A stretch of 64,000 nt of DNA from positions 51,894,001-51,958,000 of the forward strand of contig NC_043002.1 of NCBI RefSeq assembly GCF_006345805.1, written 5' to 3'. Below the pieces are notes generated by a model. The model saw only the letters and a program-made list of their open reading frames with translations, searched no databases and was not told the origin of the DNA. Source of the stretch: Octopus sinensis (lineage: Eukaryota). Below are positions 1 to 14,340 of the stretch, in pieces. Within the stretch, counting starts at the first letter, position 1. Every line of letters begins with the position of its first letter. Made by a program: the position numbers and the translations under genes.

Positions 1-302
1 CAAGATTTCCATTTCAGAGAGATGTACAGACTCTAGGGTACGTTTCATGTATTCAAATATATCGAAATGAATACACACACACACACACACACACACTAAG
101 ATGGATGCATAAAAAGATATGAGTTCGCGCAAATACATACTTGATAACTACATACATATATGATAACTACATATATGATAACTACATACATATACACACG
201 CACAAACATACATGCATGCATACATATATATACATACATACGTACGTACATACGTACATACATACATGCATACATAATACATACATACATACATACATAC
301 AT

Positions 303-545
303 AGGAACGGAATTTGGCCAGAAGAAATCTTATTTAATTGTTGGACGGGGAAAATAGTTCCCCAGACACAAAACCTGTACTTCAATAGAGGTAGAATCAA
401 CATAAAAAGCACTCCATCCGGTGGAGCTTGTCCACTTGACCAGGTGTATATGATAAACTCCGTTATATACGAGGCTGAAGTTAAATATATATAACGCATA
501 AACAGGACCTGAAAGATTGCTTTAAGATACATGGCGTACTTTATA
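303..545 (+). mobile_element. Degenerate Penelope-like element fragment (GIY-YIG endonuclease region)
   Basis: Plus-strand translation ...GACPLDQVYMINSVIYEAEVKYI*RIN resembles the C..CPL..C...SVIY.A.V...YIG signature of PLE GIY-YIG domains; stops and frameshifts present. Confidence 0.55.
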
Positions 546-638
546 AATATGCCTGTTCAAGTATCATCAAAATATGAAACTATTAGTAGCTCTTTCCATT
601 GTGTATTTAAATTGATATGTGTGAGTGTGTGTGTGTAC

Positions 639-672
<34 letters not shown>

Positions 673-2120
673 ATGTATAAATATATTTATCAGTAAATGT
701 ATATATATGAAGGAGAAATAGAAAGACATAAAGGCAAAGGTATATTGGAGATGAAAACGATTGAGAGACGTGTCTCTAATTACAATCTATGAAATACGTA
801 TATCTTGAACAGAAAGCTTAGAAATAATTCTCATATATTAAAACAATTCTCATATATTAATGATAAACAACTTTATGGTACGTAAGTAAAGGACATTGAA
901 TAAATAATCCACGCTTTTCTTTTAAGTTTTTTTTTTTATCCATACCGCAGATATTGATTTCTTATATCAGTGCAAGTTCTTAGATTTATACCAGACTATA
1001 AATAATAGTATGTGGTGGCATGTTGTTCTCGAATTGATACAGAATTGTTTCAAGAATTGAGACCGAGCCATAGGGTCGGCTCGTGTAAGCTTGTTTTGCT
1101 ATTCTTATTGTTGTTTAGCCCCAGATCAGACCCGACGGAACAAACGTACCTTGAAAAGCTTTCCAGATCTATTTGGATCTGCGTATTTGAGATTACATTA
1201 TTCAATGCCTATACTTTCTCAAAACAGTAGGATGCAATTTGAGCAAAGTTTGGCTGGCTATTAACTGCAGATCAAGCGATCATATAACGGTTCCTTTATT
1301 GACCATTACAAAAACTTATCTTTTACGCAGTTGTATTATTTCTTATAGAAAATCAATGAACCTATGCTGTCAAAAGAAAAAAAATGCGTGTGTAAATCTA
1401 TATATATATTGCTATTGTTGTTATAAAGGTCGATTTTTAGCTGATTTAACTCAATAGCTATTAAATTTTCAATGAATGTTTAAAAATTTATAATTTCTAT
1501 TTAAAAACAAAAACGGCTGCAATAACTCTGTTATTTAAGTTCATTAAAAGTTCTTAAACATAATTAATGAAAGTCTTATTTCGTCTCAGATATCAGTTAT
1601 GAGGTCAATCTCCATTTGTCTTAATCAACGTGTGTGTTTGACCCTAACCTGCAAGAAATAGTAAGTAATTATTCCCCATGTAACACTCTAGTGTCTTACA
1701 GTAAAAGACTCCATTGCGTAAAACGATTCAAAGTGCAATATCTCAGGTTGGATACGGCTGAAATGACTTTGATCACATGACTTTTTGATCAGGGATTATA
1801 TGGAAGTATGCAACAATAATGACAGCCAACATGTGCTATAGAGTAGAAATTACTCTTAGCCAACTGAGTCCCTAGTTTTCCATTTGTCGCAGCAATTTTA
1901 ACTCTACTTACCTTGATTTTATATGATTAAGTTAATTTCCAATTTTTCAGTTTTCAGAAACACGTTGCTGAAAATGGATGCTCAACACACCAACGTATTA
2001 TAACATTTGAAATACCTCGCCCTAAATATACAATCATATACAAATCATATAAAGCTTCATACCAGTATTTCCATGCAAAATAAAGAATTAAATGTTTGAG
2101 TTGAGTTGTTTTATCTATGA

Positions 2121-2523
2121 ATTGTTTCAGACATTGAACTGCGGCTATTCTGGGGCATCACCTTGTAGAGTTTTAGTAGAACAAATCAACTTAAGTACTC
2201 ATTTCTGTTTTAAATCTGGTAACACATTCTGTCGTTCTTTTAGGCCGAACCACGAATTTAAGGAGATGTAAACAAACTAAAACTCGTTGCCAAACGCTCG
2301 GGGACAAACTGATACAAAAGCACACACACATACACACACACGTACACGCACACACATACACACACATATACGACGAACTTTAGCTCAATTTCGCTCTCAC
2401 ATGACTTTGATCGGTCCATTGATATAGTAGAAGGTATTTGCCTAAGGTGCCACGCAGTGGGATTGAACCCGAGACTTTGTGATTGCTAAGCGAGTTTCTT
2501 AACTACACAGCCACGTCTGCGCC
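2121..2523 (-). mobile_element. tRNA-derived CORE-type SINE (octopus OR-like family B)
   Basis: Reverse complement has a tRNA-like head, the CORE-like GCACCTTAGGCAAATACC segment, an internal (TG)n and the family tail ...AATGTCTGAAACAA; similar copies occur elsewhere in the window. Confidence 0.75.
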
Positions 2524-2713
2524 TATATGTCTAATAAAACTAAATATTTTTTTTTTTTTAGATTTTTAGCCATATACGTAAAGCTGAAATATTTAATAAC
2601 CGTGTTCCATCAGGGACCGGGAGATTGTAAATTACTAGTGTAGCAAATATACTATTTATATGATTGAGTATTTTGGGTCAAATATTTGAAAGCTTAATAT
2701 TAAGATTTTGTGT

Positions 2714-2924
2714 AAGGGTGGAGAGTTGGTGGAATCGTTAACATACCTACAAAATGTTTAGCAACGTTTCTTTCGGCTCTATATTCTGAGTCCAAATTCC
2801 GTCGAGATCGACTTTGTCTCTCATCCTTTCGGTGTCGATAAAATAAGAACTAGTTGCGCACTGGGGTCAACTAACCTCTTCCCCCAAAACATCAGGCCTT
2901 GTGCCTATAGTAGAAAGGAATATT
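2714..2924 (+). mobile_element. tRNA-derived SINE family A, diverged copy
   Basis: Head ...GGAATCGTTA..., B-box-like GAGTCCAAATTCC, body GGTGTCGATAAAATAAG...CACTGGGGTC, tail GGCCTTGTGCCTATAGTAGAAAGG. Confidence 0.75.
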
Positions 2925-3647
2925 AAGTTAGTCTGCCAAGTATACAAGTCTGTGATGGGTTAATATTTATTCTGTTTAAGTCCACTTTTGTGTAGAGGTA
3001 AATACTAAAACTAAAGTTTCGTTTGAGAAGATGAGACTGACAATCCGAAATTATAATCTCAAAATATAAAATACTCAAGTATTTTAATCGACACCAGTGC
3101 TCAACTGATGCATATTTTATCGACCCCAAATAAACGAACTACGAATGTAACGAGCCGGAATAAATGCCGCTAAGCCTCGGCCAGGTCATCGCCTTGTCCA
3201 AAGATCACAAAATAAATTCTAATAGGCACCATAAATCACATTTTGAATTCATCATTTTAGCCTCTCTACTTCCCTTACGCTACTTAGGTATCTACAAAAA
3301 GACATGTATATCACAGGGCCCATTTCAGTTCAAAATTAAATAGTTGTTGAGAAATCAATATATTCTATCAAGAAACGGATTGGAGTTAATCGAAGTAGTA
3401 GCAGAAAAAAAGAATTTGTTCTGGGTTTTTCACATTGTGAATTAAAATCCCGCCAATGTTAACTTTACCTTTCAGGGTCGATAAAACACTGTACAAGTCA
3501 ACTACTAGAATTCCAAAAGTTCGAGGACTGGCTGAATCATTATAACCTCGGATAAAATGGTTTGCGTTACTTACAGCTTTTTATATTCAAGTTTCAAATC
3601 CCGCCCATTTGACATCATAATTTACATCCTATTGTAAGGCTAAAGAA

Positions 3648-3880
3648 AAGGCGGTAAGCTGGCAGAATCGTTAGCGCGCCGGACAAAATGCTTAGCGGTA
3701 TTTCGTCTGCCGTTACGTTCTGAGTTCAAATTCTGCCAAGGTTGACTTTACCTTTCATCCTTTCGGGGTCGATAAATAAAGTACCAGTACTGACTGGGGT
3801 CGATGTAATCGACTTAATCCGTTTGTCTGTCATTGTTTGTCCTCTCTGTGTTTATCCTCTTGTGGTTAGTAAACAAATAG
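3648..3880 (+). mobile_element. tRNA-derived SINE family A
   Basis: GGCGGTAAGCTGGCAGAATCGTTAGC...GTTCTGAGTTCAAATTC...GGGGTCGATAAATAAAGTACCAG; closely matches the copies at 6457, 14711 and 29587. Confidence 0.85.
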
Positions 3881-6456
3881 AATCGTTAGTGCACCGGGCA
3901 ATATGCTCAATGGCATTTTTTCAGAACCATTACGTTCTCATTTCAAATCCCACTGAGCGCGACTTGCTTTTCATGCTTCTAGAATCTGTAAAATAAGTAT
4001 CAGTGAATACTGCGGCTAATGCAATTGACTACTCCCTCCAACTAAATTTCAGGCCTTGTGCCTATATTAGAAATGATTATTAGGATAAGTTTGGTTGAGT
4101 CAGTAAATAGCAGACAAATAACGCGTCTCTATGTTTTGAGTTCAAATTCTGACGCGTTTGTCTTTTTGTCATCTTTAGTGTTCAATAATATAAGTACCAA
4201 AAACTAATTTATCCGTTTAATGGACCACATAAACTTCTTCCAAAATGTTCGGACCTGTGCCTATGTGATAAATTGTTATTTGTGTAGAAAAGCGACCTGT
4301 ATTTAAATTCTACTCGGTCCGATTTTTCCTAGAACCACTCAAGTACTGGGGCCGATTTAATTGACTACAGCCTCTCCTGCCCAGCAAATTGTAACTTTGT
4401 TCCATTGCAAGAAACCTTTATAAGTTCTGTAATTTTTTCAAGCTGGAAAAACATTGGAGTGTTGGAAAAATGCTTTGCGGTGTTTGTTCTGTATCTTTTT
4501 ACATTCAAATTTCAATCCTCACTGAGATTAACATTGCCTTTTCTCGTTGTGAGAATAGATCAAAAAGAAAATACCAATCAAGGTTCACAGCGTCGACAAA
4601 CCTTACTCCTCAGGAAAAAGTTGACCTTGTGCCTAAATTAGAAAAAAAACTACTTGTTATCGTTAGAGAGTTGTACCCTGGCTTTTTACGTTCTGATTTC
4701 AAAATCCCCTGAAATGTTATATATATTTCATTCTTTCAATGGTCGAATAAATAAAGAGCCGGTCAAGTACTATGTTAATAGAATTGACTTATCCATCCTT
4801 ACCCCATTCCTCCAAAGATTTCTGACCCCCTAACTATGCTAGAAACAATTATTATTGGTACAGCTTTTGTTGTTGTTGCTGGTGCTGTTACTGTTGTTGT
4901 AGCCCCCGCAACTTTATTATATGTATGTTATACGTTATTAACATAAATTTTTGGATATTCATAACAATAAAACACGAGTCATGTTGCGAGAAAAGAAGTT
5001 ATTATATTTGCTATTGAATTGCTGTGAACTTTGCTGTAGATTTTTGCCGGTCAACAACCAGCAGCGACACCAAGAAATAGATTGAAACAAGAATGATTGA
5101 CACTGATAAGAATTAGAAAGAGAAGAACTGAGAAATTCCTAATAGAAAACCAATGTCTCGTGTTTTCTTGCCAGAAGCAAAACTCTAAAACTGCACAGCG
5201 TTTCTCTCATTGAAAGATGGTGGGACTAGCTTTCTGACTGTTGATGACTGGTAATGTTTTCAACTCTGAGCACTATATTATGACATTGCTTATATAGCCT
5301 TTAGGGCACATCACGGGAGCAACCTTTTCACAGCTGCTGTTACTGCTTTTGCTCTTTTGTTGGTGGGAATGATGCTTTTAACTCTGTTTATCCTGCTGAT
5401 ACCTTCCAACGCCAAAACATTAACAAACATAATCACAAACATATATACATATATAATTACATAATTATGTGCATATAAAAATGTAAACATTTGCATATGT
5501 TTAAATAGACAATATACACTTCTAGAAATATGCATACACAGCACTTAATTACATCTTTAGCTAACCACTATCACTATACTCAGACTCGACAGCACATCTT
5601 ACGAAAATATGTCCATAAGCAAGAAGTATACAAATAACAAGGATACACAAGAATAACTATACTTCTTGAATATAGTTACATATAATTTATTGAAACATAT
5701 CCTCCATTTTTGTTGCTGGTTTTGTAGTCCCTTAGCTGCTATTTCTCCAGGTATGAGTAATTCTCGAAGAAGCCTTCACAATGTTTTGACCAACCGCTGT
5801 TTTTATCAATAATTTGTTTTAAAAAAAACAAGGAGACGGTAAGACAGAAATTTAATTCATGTGAATTTATTATGAATGTATTGAATTATGATGTACAATA
5901 TGTATACATTTAAACACCTAGTAAAATATTTTATGAAGGGATATTCAATCCGCTATTATGAAATATCTCCAAAATCCCGGGACAGTCATAATGACCATTA
6001 TTTTTCATTAATTTCTTCTATCCATCATTATAATTAAATGTTAGTTTGTAGTTGGTGAAGTTCCCTATAATGCGCAACTTAGGCTGTTTAGAAAGATTGG
6101 GATTATGATATGAACGACAATGGTAGTTAATAAAATGCTGTAAATTATTTTAGTAAAATTTTAGGGAATTCTAAATACAGGTATGTAGCAGGAATAATAG
6201 GCAGAGTCTCAAGCACCTAGGAATTGAATCCAGATTGGTACATTCCAACGACGAAGATTTTGTTAGAGACTGATGACGTCGGTTAACCATTGATTAATCT
6301 CTGGCAGAGAGCATTGTACCAGTACGAACGCCATTCGTTCAGTTATTGACGATGTCAGCAAAACAATGATCACTGAGACCTCTGTAAAACATGATGTCGT
6401 CAACAAATTGATTTTTTTGTGTGACATTCCCTTGACAGAAACAAACTCTATATGAA

Positions 6457-6864
6457 GGCGGCGAGCTGGCAGAAACGTTAGCACGCCGGGTGAAATGCTT
6501 AGCGGTATTTTGTCTGCCATTACGCTCTGAGTTCAAATTCCGCCGAGGTCGACTTTGCCTTTCATCCTTTCGGGGTCGATAAATTAAGTACCAGTTACGC
6601 ACTGGGGTCGATGTAATCGACTTAATACCTATGTCTGTCCTTGTTTGTCCCCTCTATGTTTAGCCCCTTGTGGGTAATAAAGAAATAGGTATTTCGTCTG
6701 CTGTTACGTTCTGAGTTAAAATTCCGCCGAAGTCGACTTTGCCTTTCATCCTTTCGAGGTCGATAAATTAAGTATCAGTTACGCACTGGGGTCCATCTAA
6801 TCGACTTAATCCCTTTGTCAATCCTTGTTTGCCCCCTCTATGTTTAGCCCCTTGTGGGCAATAA
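6457..6864 (+). mobile_element. SINE family A head-to-tail dimer
   Basis: Full unit 6457-6687, then a second unit from 6688 lacking the first ~47 nt; junction AAAGAAATA|GGTATT; period 184 bp. Confidence 0.85.
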
Positions 6865-8051
6865 TCTCAGTGGTGGCACACACTTATGGCCGGCCAGCTT
6901 CTGATACAGACACCATTCACAACTAGTTTTACTCGACACGCAACAATCTAACAAACTGCTGAACACTTTAACTGGCATAAACATTTCTTTTCTGTCGTTG
7001 ATCATAAGGGCAATTCATGATTTTGTTTTATGATTTATTCTTTTTATTCTTTTACTTGTTTCAGTCATTTAAGTGCAGCCATGCTGGAGCGCCATCTCGA
7101 TAAAAAAATAATTTTGTATAAAAATTTTCGAACGGAATTTTTGCTCTTGTATCCATCTCTAAACTTAGTCAAATCATCACACAAAGGTCAACCAAATAGA
7201 ACTATTCTTATCGTTACAGGTAAAACTACAGCTGCTCTGAGGTCCATTTCAACACAAGAAATTGAGTAAATGAATAAATGAATAAATATCAATCTCAGAG
7301 TAATGTTTTCTTATCATTTTTCTTTCTAGGCATGTGGTTATATAAAGATGTGTGTGGCCTGGCAAACAGAATATTTTACTAAACGTTTTTTTTTGTCACT
7401 TATTTTACACGTAATGCTTCTGACGCCCGCATGCTTTAGATATTGCAGCTTCAGAGTAAAGCCTAGCTATGACAAACTCCCTAATTCTGGACTGCAGGTT
7501 ACTAGTCCTACAGATTTTCTTGCAATTTCTTCTTTTGCTGAAGTATTTCATGCTTTTACGGAAGTGGATTGCTGGCTCAAGGTTAGCAGTCTTTTTGACA
7601 TTTTTCTTCACTGTTACAGAAATCTAAGACAACGTGTTGAAATAATAAATCTGTAAGGTATTTGGTTTAAGCTTATAGAAGAGGCTTGTAAAACTGCAAA
7701 TAAAATACTTACCATACCTGGTTTTGTTTTTAATCATTTACTTTTTATTCTTCCGGTTTCGTTAAAAATATTGCAACTAATATATTGTAGTCGAAACAAA
7801 CATACATTAATAGGCTATATCTAGTGTGTCTTTTCAACATTAGTTTTGCTTGCTTTTGTGAACGAAATTGAGTAATAAACATACATTATATAGATATGAA
7901 TATTTTGATTTACTATTTTGGTGTTATACGAAATAATGATTTTAACGCACTTCTGAATATATTGTCAGTAAAAAGTGAAAGCGATTCCAAATTCCTTTTG
8001 CATCGATTACGTTGTTGTTTGTTGATTGCATGAATAGAGTACGATTATAAA

Positions 8052-8422
8052 TACAAGCGGTCGAAATGGGTTCTTCCGATGAGTCTCTGGAGTAACGTTA
8101 CTCGATGTAGTTCATAGTTTGGGGATCAAAGAGTCTCTCAGGGCTGAGTTGCAGCTGATAGGTCACAGTTCCTATACTACGGACATCCGGTTAGAATGTT
8201 GCATGAAAATACCACAGGGCAGATTATTCAAGCTGATCCAACTGGCGAAAGACCTATGGTAGGCCACGTGTGAGTTGCTTGGATAATATCCATAGTTTCA
8301 GATGTTCACGTTTGGGAATCCAACAGGAAAGTTTAAGGACGGTTGCTTCTGATAGGAACTTATGGAGAAGATGCTTAAGGTCTCTATACCCACGATCTTC
8401 AGTAATTTTGGAAGAGATGGAT
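8052..8422 (+). mobile_element. RTE-clade LINE 3' fragment (RT C-terminus)
   Basis: Frameshifted translation EMGF.R.VSGVTLLDVVHSLGIKESL...YYGHPVRM...GERPM.GRPRVSCLDNIHS...VASDRNLWRRCL matches the RTE C-terminal WYGHV.RM / GRPR..W.D / DR..WR motifs. Confidence 0.85.
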
Positions 8423-9654
8423 GGATTGTGTGAATTGTACATTGGAAAGTAATTGGAAAGCTTATATTTTACGTCTCTACGTTTCTCATTGGAAGGCTTA
8501 TATTTTGCATCTTGACTGGGTCAGTTGAGACGAATTTGTTAGTTCCACATCACATTTTTCTCTTGCCGTCTAGAGAAAACAACAGGAGGATATCGGTTCG
8601 AGTACTAGACGAATATGCTAAGAATATTAGCGGGACTTTGTAAAGAGATTCTCAACTCATAAGCTCTATATGGCTTAAAGAAAGGTATCTACATTACTTG
8701 CTCAACTACTGGACGTCATATAATGCGATGTTTTTATAGGTGTATTAACATATTTGATAATGCAAGACCTATTACATTGTATAACACGATTTTTGTCATT
8801 GGTTAACAACTATTATTTCCTGTTTGCTTACCCCTAGAAAGTATGAAAAATGGTTAATATTTTCTTCAAACTTTGATTTTGTTACATTTATTCAAACCCC
8901 GCAGAACACCTCTGAACATATGGCTATGATGTCCCCCTACAACCTCTGTTCACGATCAGAGATGCACATATTGTCAGTCATTTAAGGGTATGCTCAAGTG
9001 GTGAAGGTCAAGCAACTGACAAGCAAATCTATGGTATTAAACAGAATATTTGCTTTAACGATATCTCTGCTTCGGCAACTCAGCACTGAATCTGTCTGAA
9101 ATGTAATGGAAAATAGTTTCAAAGCATTGATGTCCAGATCGCAAAAGCAAAATTTGAAGGGAATATGTAAGCATTTTCTTTGATTCATAGATAGAAGCAA
9201 ATAGGAAATAAAACTTAATGACCAAAGAAAAAAAAATGTCACAGTGTTATCATAGCAAAAAACATTTATGCACACTTACTATGAAATGTCCTTCTATTTC
9301 TTGTATTATATAAATGATAACAAAACAAGTCATCTTTACTCGGACATTGAAAAACATGTTTGGTTCAGATTATGTAATGCTTAGATTTGTTCAACATTGA
9401 ATAAAGTTAACATGTATCTATTTGTAGTTTCCGTCTGTGGTAAATCTGAGATTATTCAAAGAACTATTTTTAGTTCTTACATAGTATTTGCACTTTTAAA
9501 GAAAATTATTGTCATGTAAATACCTTTTAAGTGAATTATAATAATTTAATAATCAACAGATTTTATTAGGAATGCTTAATCTATTTTTCGCTTTCTTTTA
9601 CCCTGTGGTCTGTGTGTGTGTGTGTGTGTGCATATGTGTGTGTGTGTGTGTGTG

Positions 9655-9691
<37 letters not shown>

Positions 9692-10371
9692 TGTGTGTGT
9701 GCATGCGTCTAAACCTGCTTTTCACAAATTCAACATTTAAAAATAAATTCGATTAATTATTTAAACTAATTATGATTTCGGCTAAATTTGTCTGTTAATT
9801 CTGGCGTCATCGAATATGCAGGGAATAAGATAAAATGATAAGAGTTTAAGGCTGAATAAAAAGAGACAAATGAAATGGGAGAGAGATAAAGAGAGAGAGA
9901 GGGAGAAGAGAGAAACAGACAGAGGCAGAGAAAGGAAGAAAAAAAAGATGGAAAGAAAAAAGAAGGAAAGATGCGAGGAAAGAAAAGAGACGGGGTAAAA
10001 AAGACACGAGAAAGGTACAGGGGAAAGGTTATCTGCAATTAGAACATGCTTTCAAAGGGAGCAACCTGAAAACTGATGGTAGGCAAAAATGTTTGACTGC
10101 AATGTTACTTTAAATGAATCAAATTTTAAATCGGCATCACGGTTTTGAATCCATTAAATAGGTCAAGTTTGATTTACCGAATCGTTGGTCACCACATGGC
10201 ACCAATGAAGTCATGAGTGAAATTCTTGCTAGCCCTTTCCTATAAATACTAATGCATCTAGATAAAAGTAAAAAAAAAAAAAACAAGTGGGGAAGGGAAA
10301 GTATTCGCGAGATAAGAACCCAGAGAGTTTGAAAGGTGTTTTTTTAAACCCCTAAAAAAAAAATGTTAAAA

Positions 10372-10503
10372 TGATGCTGACGATGATGATGATGACGATG
10401 AATGACGACGTTGACGATGGCAGATGACACGGTTACGACGTCCATGATGATGATGACGACGACGACGACGACGACGACGATGATGATGATGATGATGATG
10501 ATG
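10372..10503. repeat. (GAT/GAC)n trinucleotide microsatellite
   Basis: Directly visible. Confidence 0.95.
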
Positions 10504-10869
10504 TAACAACAAGGGCGACTACAAACACGACAAGCACGATGATATAAATTTTAAATTAATATCAATTATTCATGAAAATGCTTTTTAAAATATTTTGTTT
10601 GAAAAGTACTTCTAGATCTTTAAAGTTATTAAAAAAAATTTTTTTTTTGTTCTTTACTTGTTTCAATCATCGGACTGCGACCATGCTGGAGCACTGCTCT
10701 GAAGAGATTAGTCACACTAATCGATTCCAGTGCTGGTAATTATTTTATGGATATCTTTCTCGAAATGCTAAGTTACTGGGACATAGACAAACCAATAACT
10801 GATGTCAAGCGGTCGTAACACACACGCACACGCACACACACGCACACACACGCACACACACACACATTC

Positions 10870-11250
10870 TTTTTTTTTCCTGAACAAAAGGCCTTGGACG
10901 GTGAGAAAGGCAGCTGGCGTCGTCCCACCACCAGGCTGCCACTTTTGACCGCCAGGTACCAGGTAGTGTATAAAAGTAGAATGAGGGAGATCGACGATGG
11001 GGCTTCCCTACCATTTGTCTAGTAGTACAGATCTTCCGCTTGGCCGAAATAACCCTCAAGCCGTTGGTCCAGGACTCCTCTGCCTTGTCGGTTATCCGAT
11101 GTTCTGCGGCTGATGTATTTACCATGATTCTGGCACGGATGGCTAAAGGGTTGCTAGCACTTGCCCAAGGTGCCATCCCATTCTACGGACGGAAGGAGCG
11201 ACTTACTCTCCCTTTTACGGTCTGCCACTAAATGGGCATCACGACCAGCT
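10870..11250 (-). mobile_element. Probable SINE-like interspersed repeat with CORE-like segment
   Basis: GC-rich island in AT-rich DNA containing CACTTGCCCAAGGTGCCA, the reverse complement of the CORE-like motif seen in family B SINEs. Confidence 0.5.
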
Positions 11251-11781
11251 TTTTTTTCTTTTTCATGATAAAGAATTGATGAAGAATTGAAAGGAATGCG
11301 ACATCATGAAATGGTTTCTAATTTACACGGCAGGCCAACAGTTTTAATGTTAAGGCATTAGGTGATAGTATCGACCCCAGACCTATCGCTCTTAAAAGAA
11401 TGAAAGGCGAAGTGGGTCCTTGCGGGATTTGAACTTATAACATAGAAAACGAAAACAAATACTGTAAAGATGTTTTTCTCCCGATGCTCTAACTATTTTG
11501 CAAAGAGGAGGTTTGCATGAATAGGTTTCAAATTCTGTTTATAAATTGATTTCGAATTCTGGCACATAGTCAGTAATTTGGGAGAAGGAGTTAAGTCGAT
11601 AAAGTAGACCCCGGTATTCAACAGGTACTTATTATATCGACCATGAAAGGACGAAAGACAAAGTCAACCATACTGGTATTTGAATTCAGAACGTAAAGTC
11701 AGAAGAAATGCCACAAAGCATTATTTTCGGCGCGTTAACGATTCTGCCAGCTGGCCGCCTTCAGTTAGTCTGTAAATTAAT

Positions 11782-12028
11782 ATTCCTTCTCGAGCCGTGC
11801 CAGGCTCATAAGGGCCAGTTCCCCGGTTTCAGTGGCGTAGAAATTCCCCACCTGTATGAGACGCCGGTCCGTCGCAGGATCACTCATTTTTGCCAGCTGT
11901 ATGAACTGGAGCAACGCGAAATGAAGAGTTTTGCTCAAGAACACAACGCATCGTCCGGTCCAGGAATCGAAACTGCAACCTTACGATCATGAGTTCAACA
12001 CCCTAACCACTAAGCCACGCGCCTCCAC
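11782..12028 (-). mobile_element. tRNA-derived SINE (family D)
   Basis: Reverse complement starts GTGGAGGCGCGTGGCTTAGTGGTTAGGG (A-box) ... GGTTGCAGTTTCGATTCC (B-box); its tail is shared with the 13319 copy. Confidence 0.75.
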
Positions 12029-13318
12029 AGTCTTTAAATTAGATACAATTAAATTCAGCAATGTTAATGCTTTCAATCTTTTACGTTTCTAATGAAATCC
12101 AATATATTATAAATACATATATTTCGAAAATTAAGCATGTCAAACGAAGAACAACTTCACTTTAAAAGAAATATAAAAGAAACAAACTACTCTTAGTGCT
12201 TTTGACTTTATCATACTTCCATATGCGTGCGTGCAAAAAATAAACAAACAAACAAAAAACAAAAAAGATGTTTTCCTATTAAGCATTAAGAAGAATATCA
12301 ACCATTTCGGAAAATTTTCCTTGTAGTGCTTATAATAAATGCTATCCATTTCTTTTATACAAAGTGCTTATCTGTTCTTATCACGAGCGTAAATACTAAA
12401 TAATTTAGTGAGCCGCCATATTTGTTAAATGACTTATTCGGAAATACACTTATTTACATATATATTATATTTGCTACTTAAAAAGAAAACATAAATATTA
12501 TAAATATAAACACCTTCCACGCTACGATAAATATTATTTTCCAGGATTAATAGAATAGGTTTCAAACCTATATGAAACTCGCAAAAGAATATAGGTAATG
12601 TCGTATTCCATCGATCTGATATTGTTTTGAGGTTAATTCACACTTAGTATGTCCAGTACGACAAAGAAACAAAGCAAAAACAACAAAAATATAATGTTCG
12701 ATGAAATTGATTTTATGTATTTGTGAATACACCTGCATACATATATGCGTGAGTGCGCATGTATGTGTGTATGTACGTGTGTGTGTATGTGTGTATATAT
12801 AAATATGTGTATATATATATTTTTGAATATAAATATATATATATAAATAATGTATATATATATTAGACAGTAAAACACACATGCCCGCCTGCACAGACAC
12901 GCACCTACACACATACGTATGAATATATGTGTATATGTTATGTGTGTTAACCATTGCTTCACTTTTAACTCTATGAAACTCCATGTATATCCAACTTTCA
13001 ATCAAGTTTTCGACATAATTGGTCTTCAGATTTTCGAATGTTTATTCGCGATTCGGTCGAACTTTTTATCATAATATCGTATATTATAATTCTAATTTTG
13101 CTTTGCCTTCTAATCGACGTTGATGATTAACGATGGATTAAATTGCTATTTTCTTCGTCTATGTAACAATTAATGGACGACATAATAGTATATGGTAGTG
13201 AAATACGTGTAAAGGTTATACGGTTTATTAAGTTATAATAAAAAGTTAACCGAATCTCCTGTTTTACTCTGTACACACACACACACACATACGTATGCGC
13301 ACACATGTTTGTTCCTTC

Positions 13319-13612
13319 TCAAGCCATGCCTGGTTCATAAGGGCCGGTTTTCCGGTTTCCTTGGCGTATAGGTTCTCCACCTGGACGGGACGCCGGTCCG
13401 TCTGATGTGAGCTGCAAGATGCAGGAGGAAAGAGTGAGAGAAAGTTGTAACGAAAGAGTCAGCAGAAGTTCGCCATTACCTTCTGCCGGAGCCGCGTGGA
13501 ACTTAGGTATTTCGCTCATAAACACACACACACATCGCCCTGTCTGAGATTCGAACCCGTGATCCTTCGACCAAGAGTCCGCTGCTCTTAACCACTAGGC
13601 CATGTGCCTCCA
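13319..13612 (-). mobile_element. tRNA-derived SINE (C/D-related)
   Basis: Reverse complement head GTGGAGGCACATGGCCTAGTGGTTAGAGC...GGGTTCGAATC; the tail AAGGGCCGGTTTTCCGGTTTC matches 11810-11830. Confidence 0.75.
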
Positions 13613-14340
13613 CATGCACACACATACACTTACACAATTATATATGCTTATACACACACACATACACACACGTCCAATATCAAGTCACTTGTGAGCTCTA
13701 CCGGTAACATATAACCCAATATAGCCTATTGTATAGTCGGGTGACTGACAAAACTGGGGGCCCCGCCGAACTTGTTTGGTGCGGAAAGTGATTTGCGGCA
13801 CTCTTTAGGATAAAACATAAGACCTGTCAAAGAATGGTCATCTACAAGTCTCTATTTATGCATGTGTATGCATTCGTGAATGTGCATGTGTGTTTGTGGA
13901 GGTGTACAGTTAGTGGAAGTTCGAATTTCATTTACATGAAGTTTGGAAGAAAAAAGTAACCTTCATCACAAGGCCTTCGAAGTTGCCGGCAGCAAACCAA
14001 AGAGGGAGAGTAGGGAAGACTGCAGCACGCTATAAAGTTAGTCTAGAAGCTGTGGTGCAAGGCTAACGTCTGTCATGATCGTCTGGGCCACACACCAAGT
14101 TAGATGGTGCTGTGAGGCACCGCCTAACCGGGCTTCTTTGGCCATGCTAGTATACTGCACGAGATTGCCATTTTTTAAATTTTTAGCATTCTTATGCAAG
14201 CTCCATTGTCTTGTCTAGTTTGCAACAAGGCATATCGTGTACGGTCACCGATTGAGAGTAATGGGTGCGCAGCACTTTCTCAATATATAAATATCTCGCG
14301 CTATTCTAAGAGGCAGCTGCTACGTCACAATCAAATTCGA

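Noticed and set aside
6263-6446. Possible exon (…GMSHKKINLLTTSCF…PEINQWLTDVISL)
   Set aside because: The ORF start lies in a SINE, there are no convincing splice sites, and no recognisable domain.
8900-9170. Exon-like segment with a GTAAGC donor and in-frame TGA (selenoprotein idea)
   Set aside because: The 5' part matches, from memory, a common dispersed octopus repeat; no SECIS or Sec-motif context seen.
13005-13035. CTGAAGAC...GTCGAAA on the minus strand
   Set aside because: Helix II overlaps core nucleotides, and there is no NUH site with a helix I partner.
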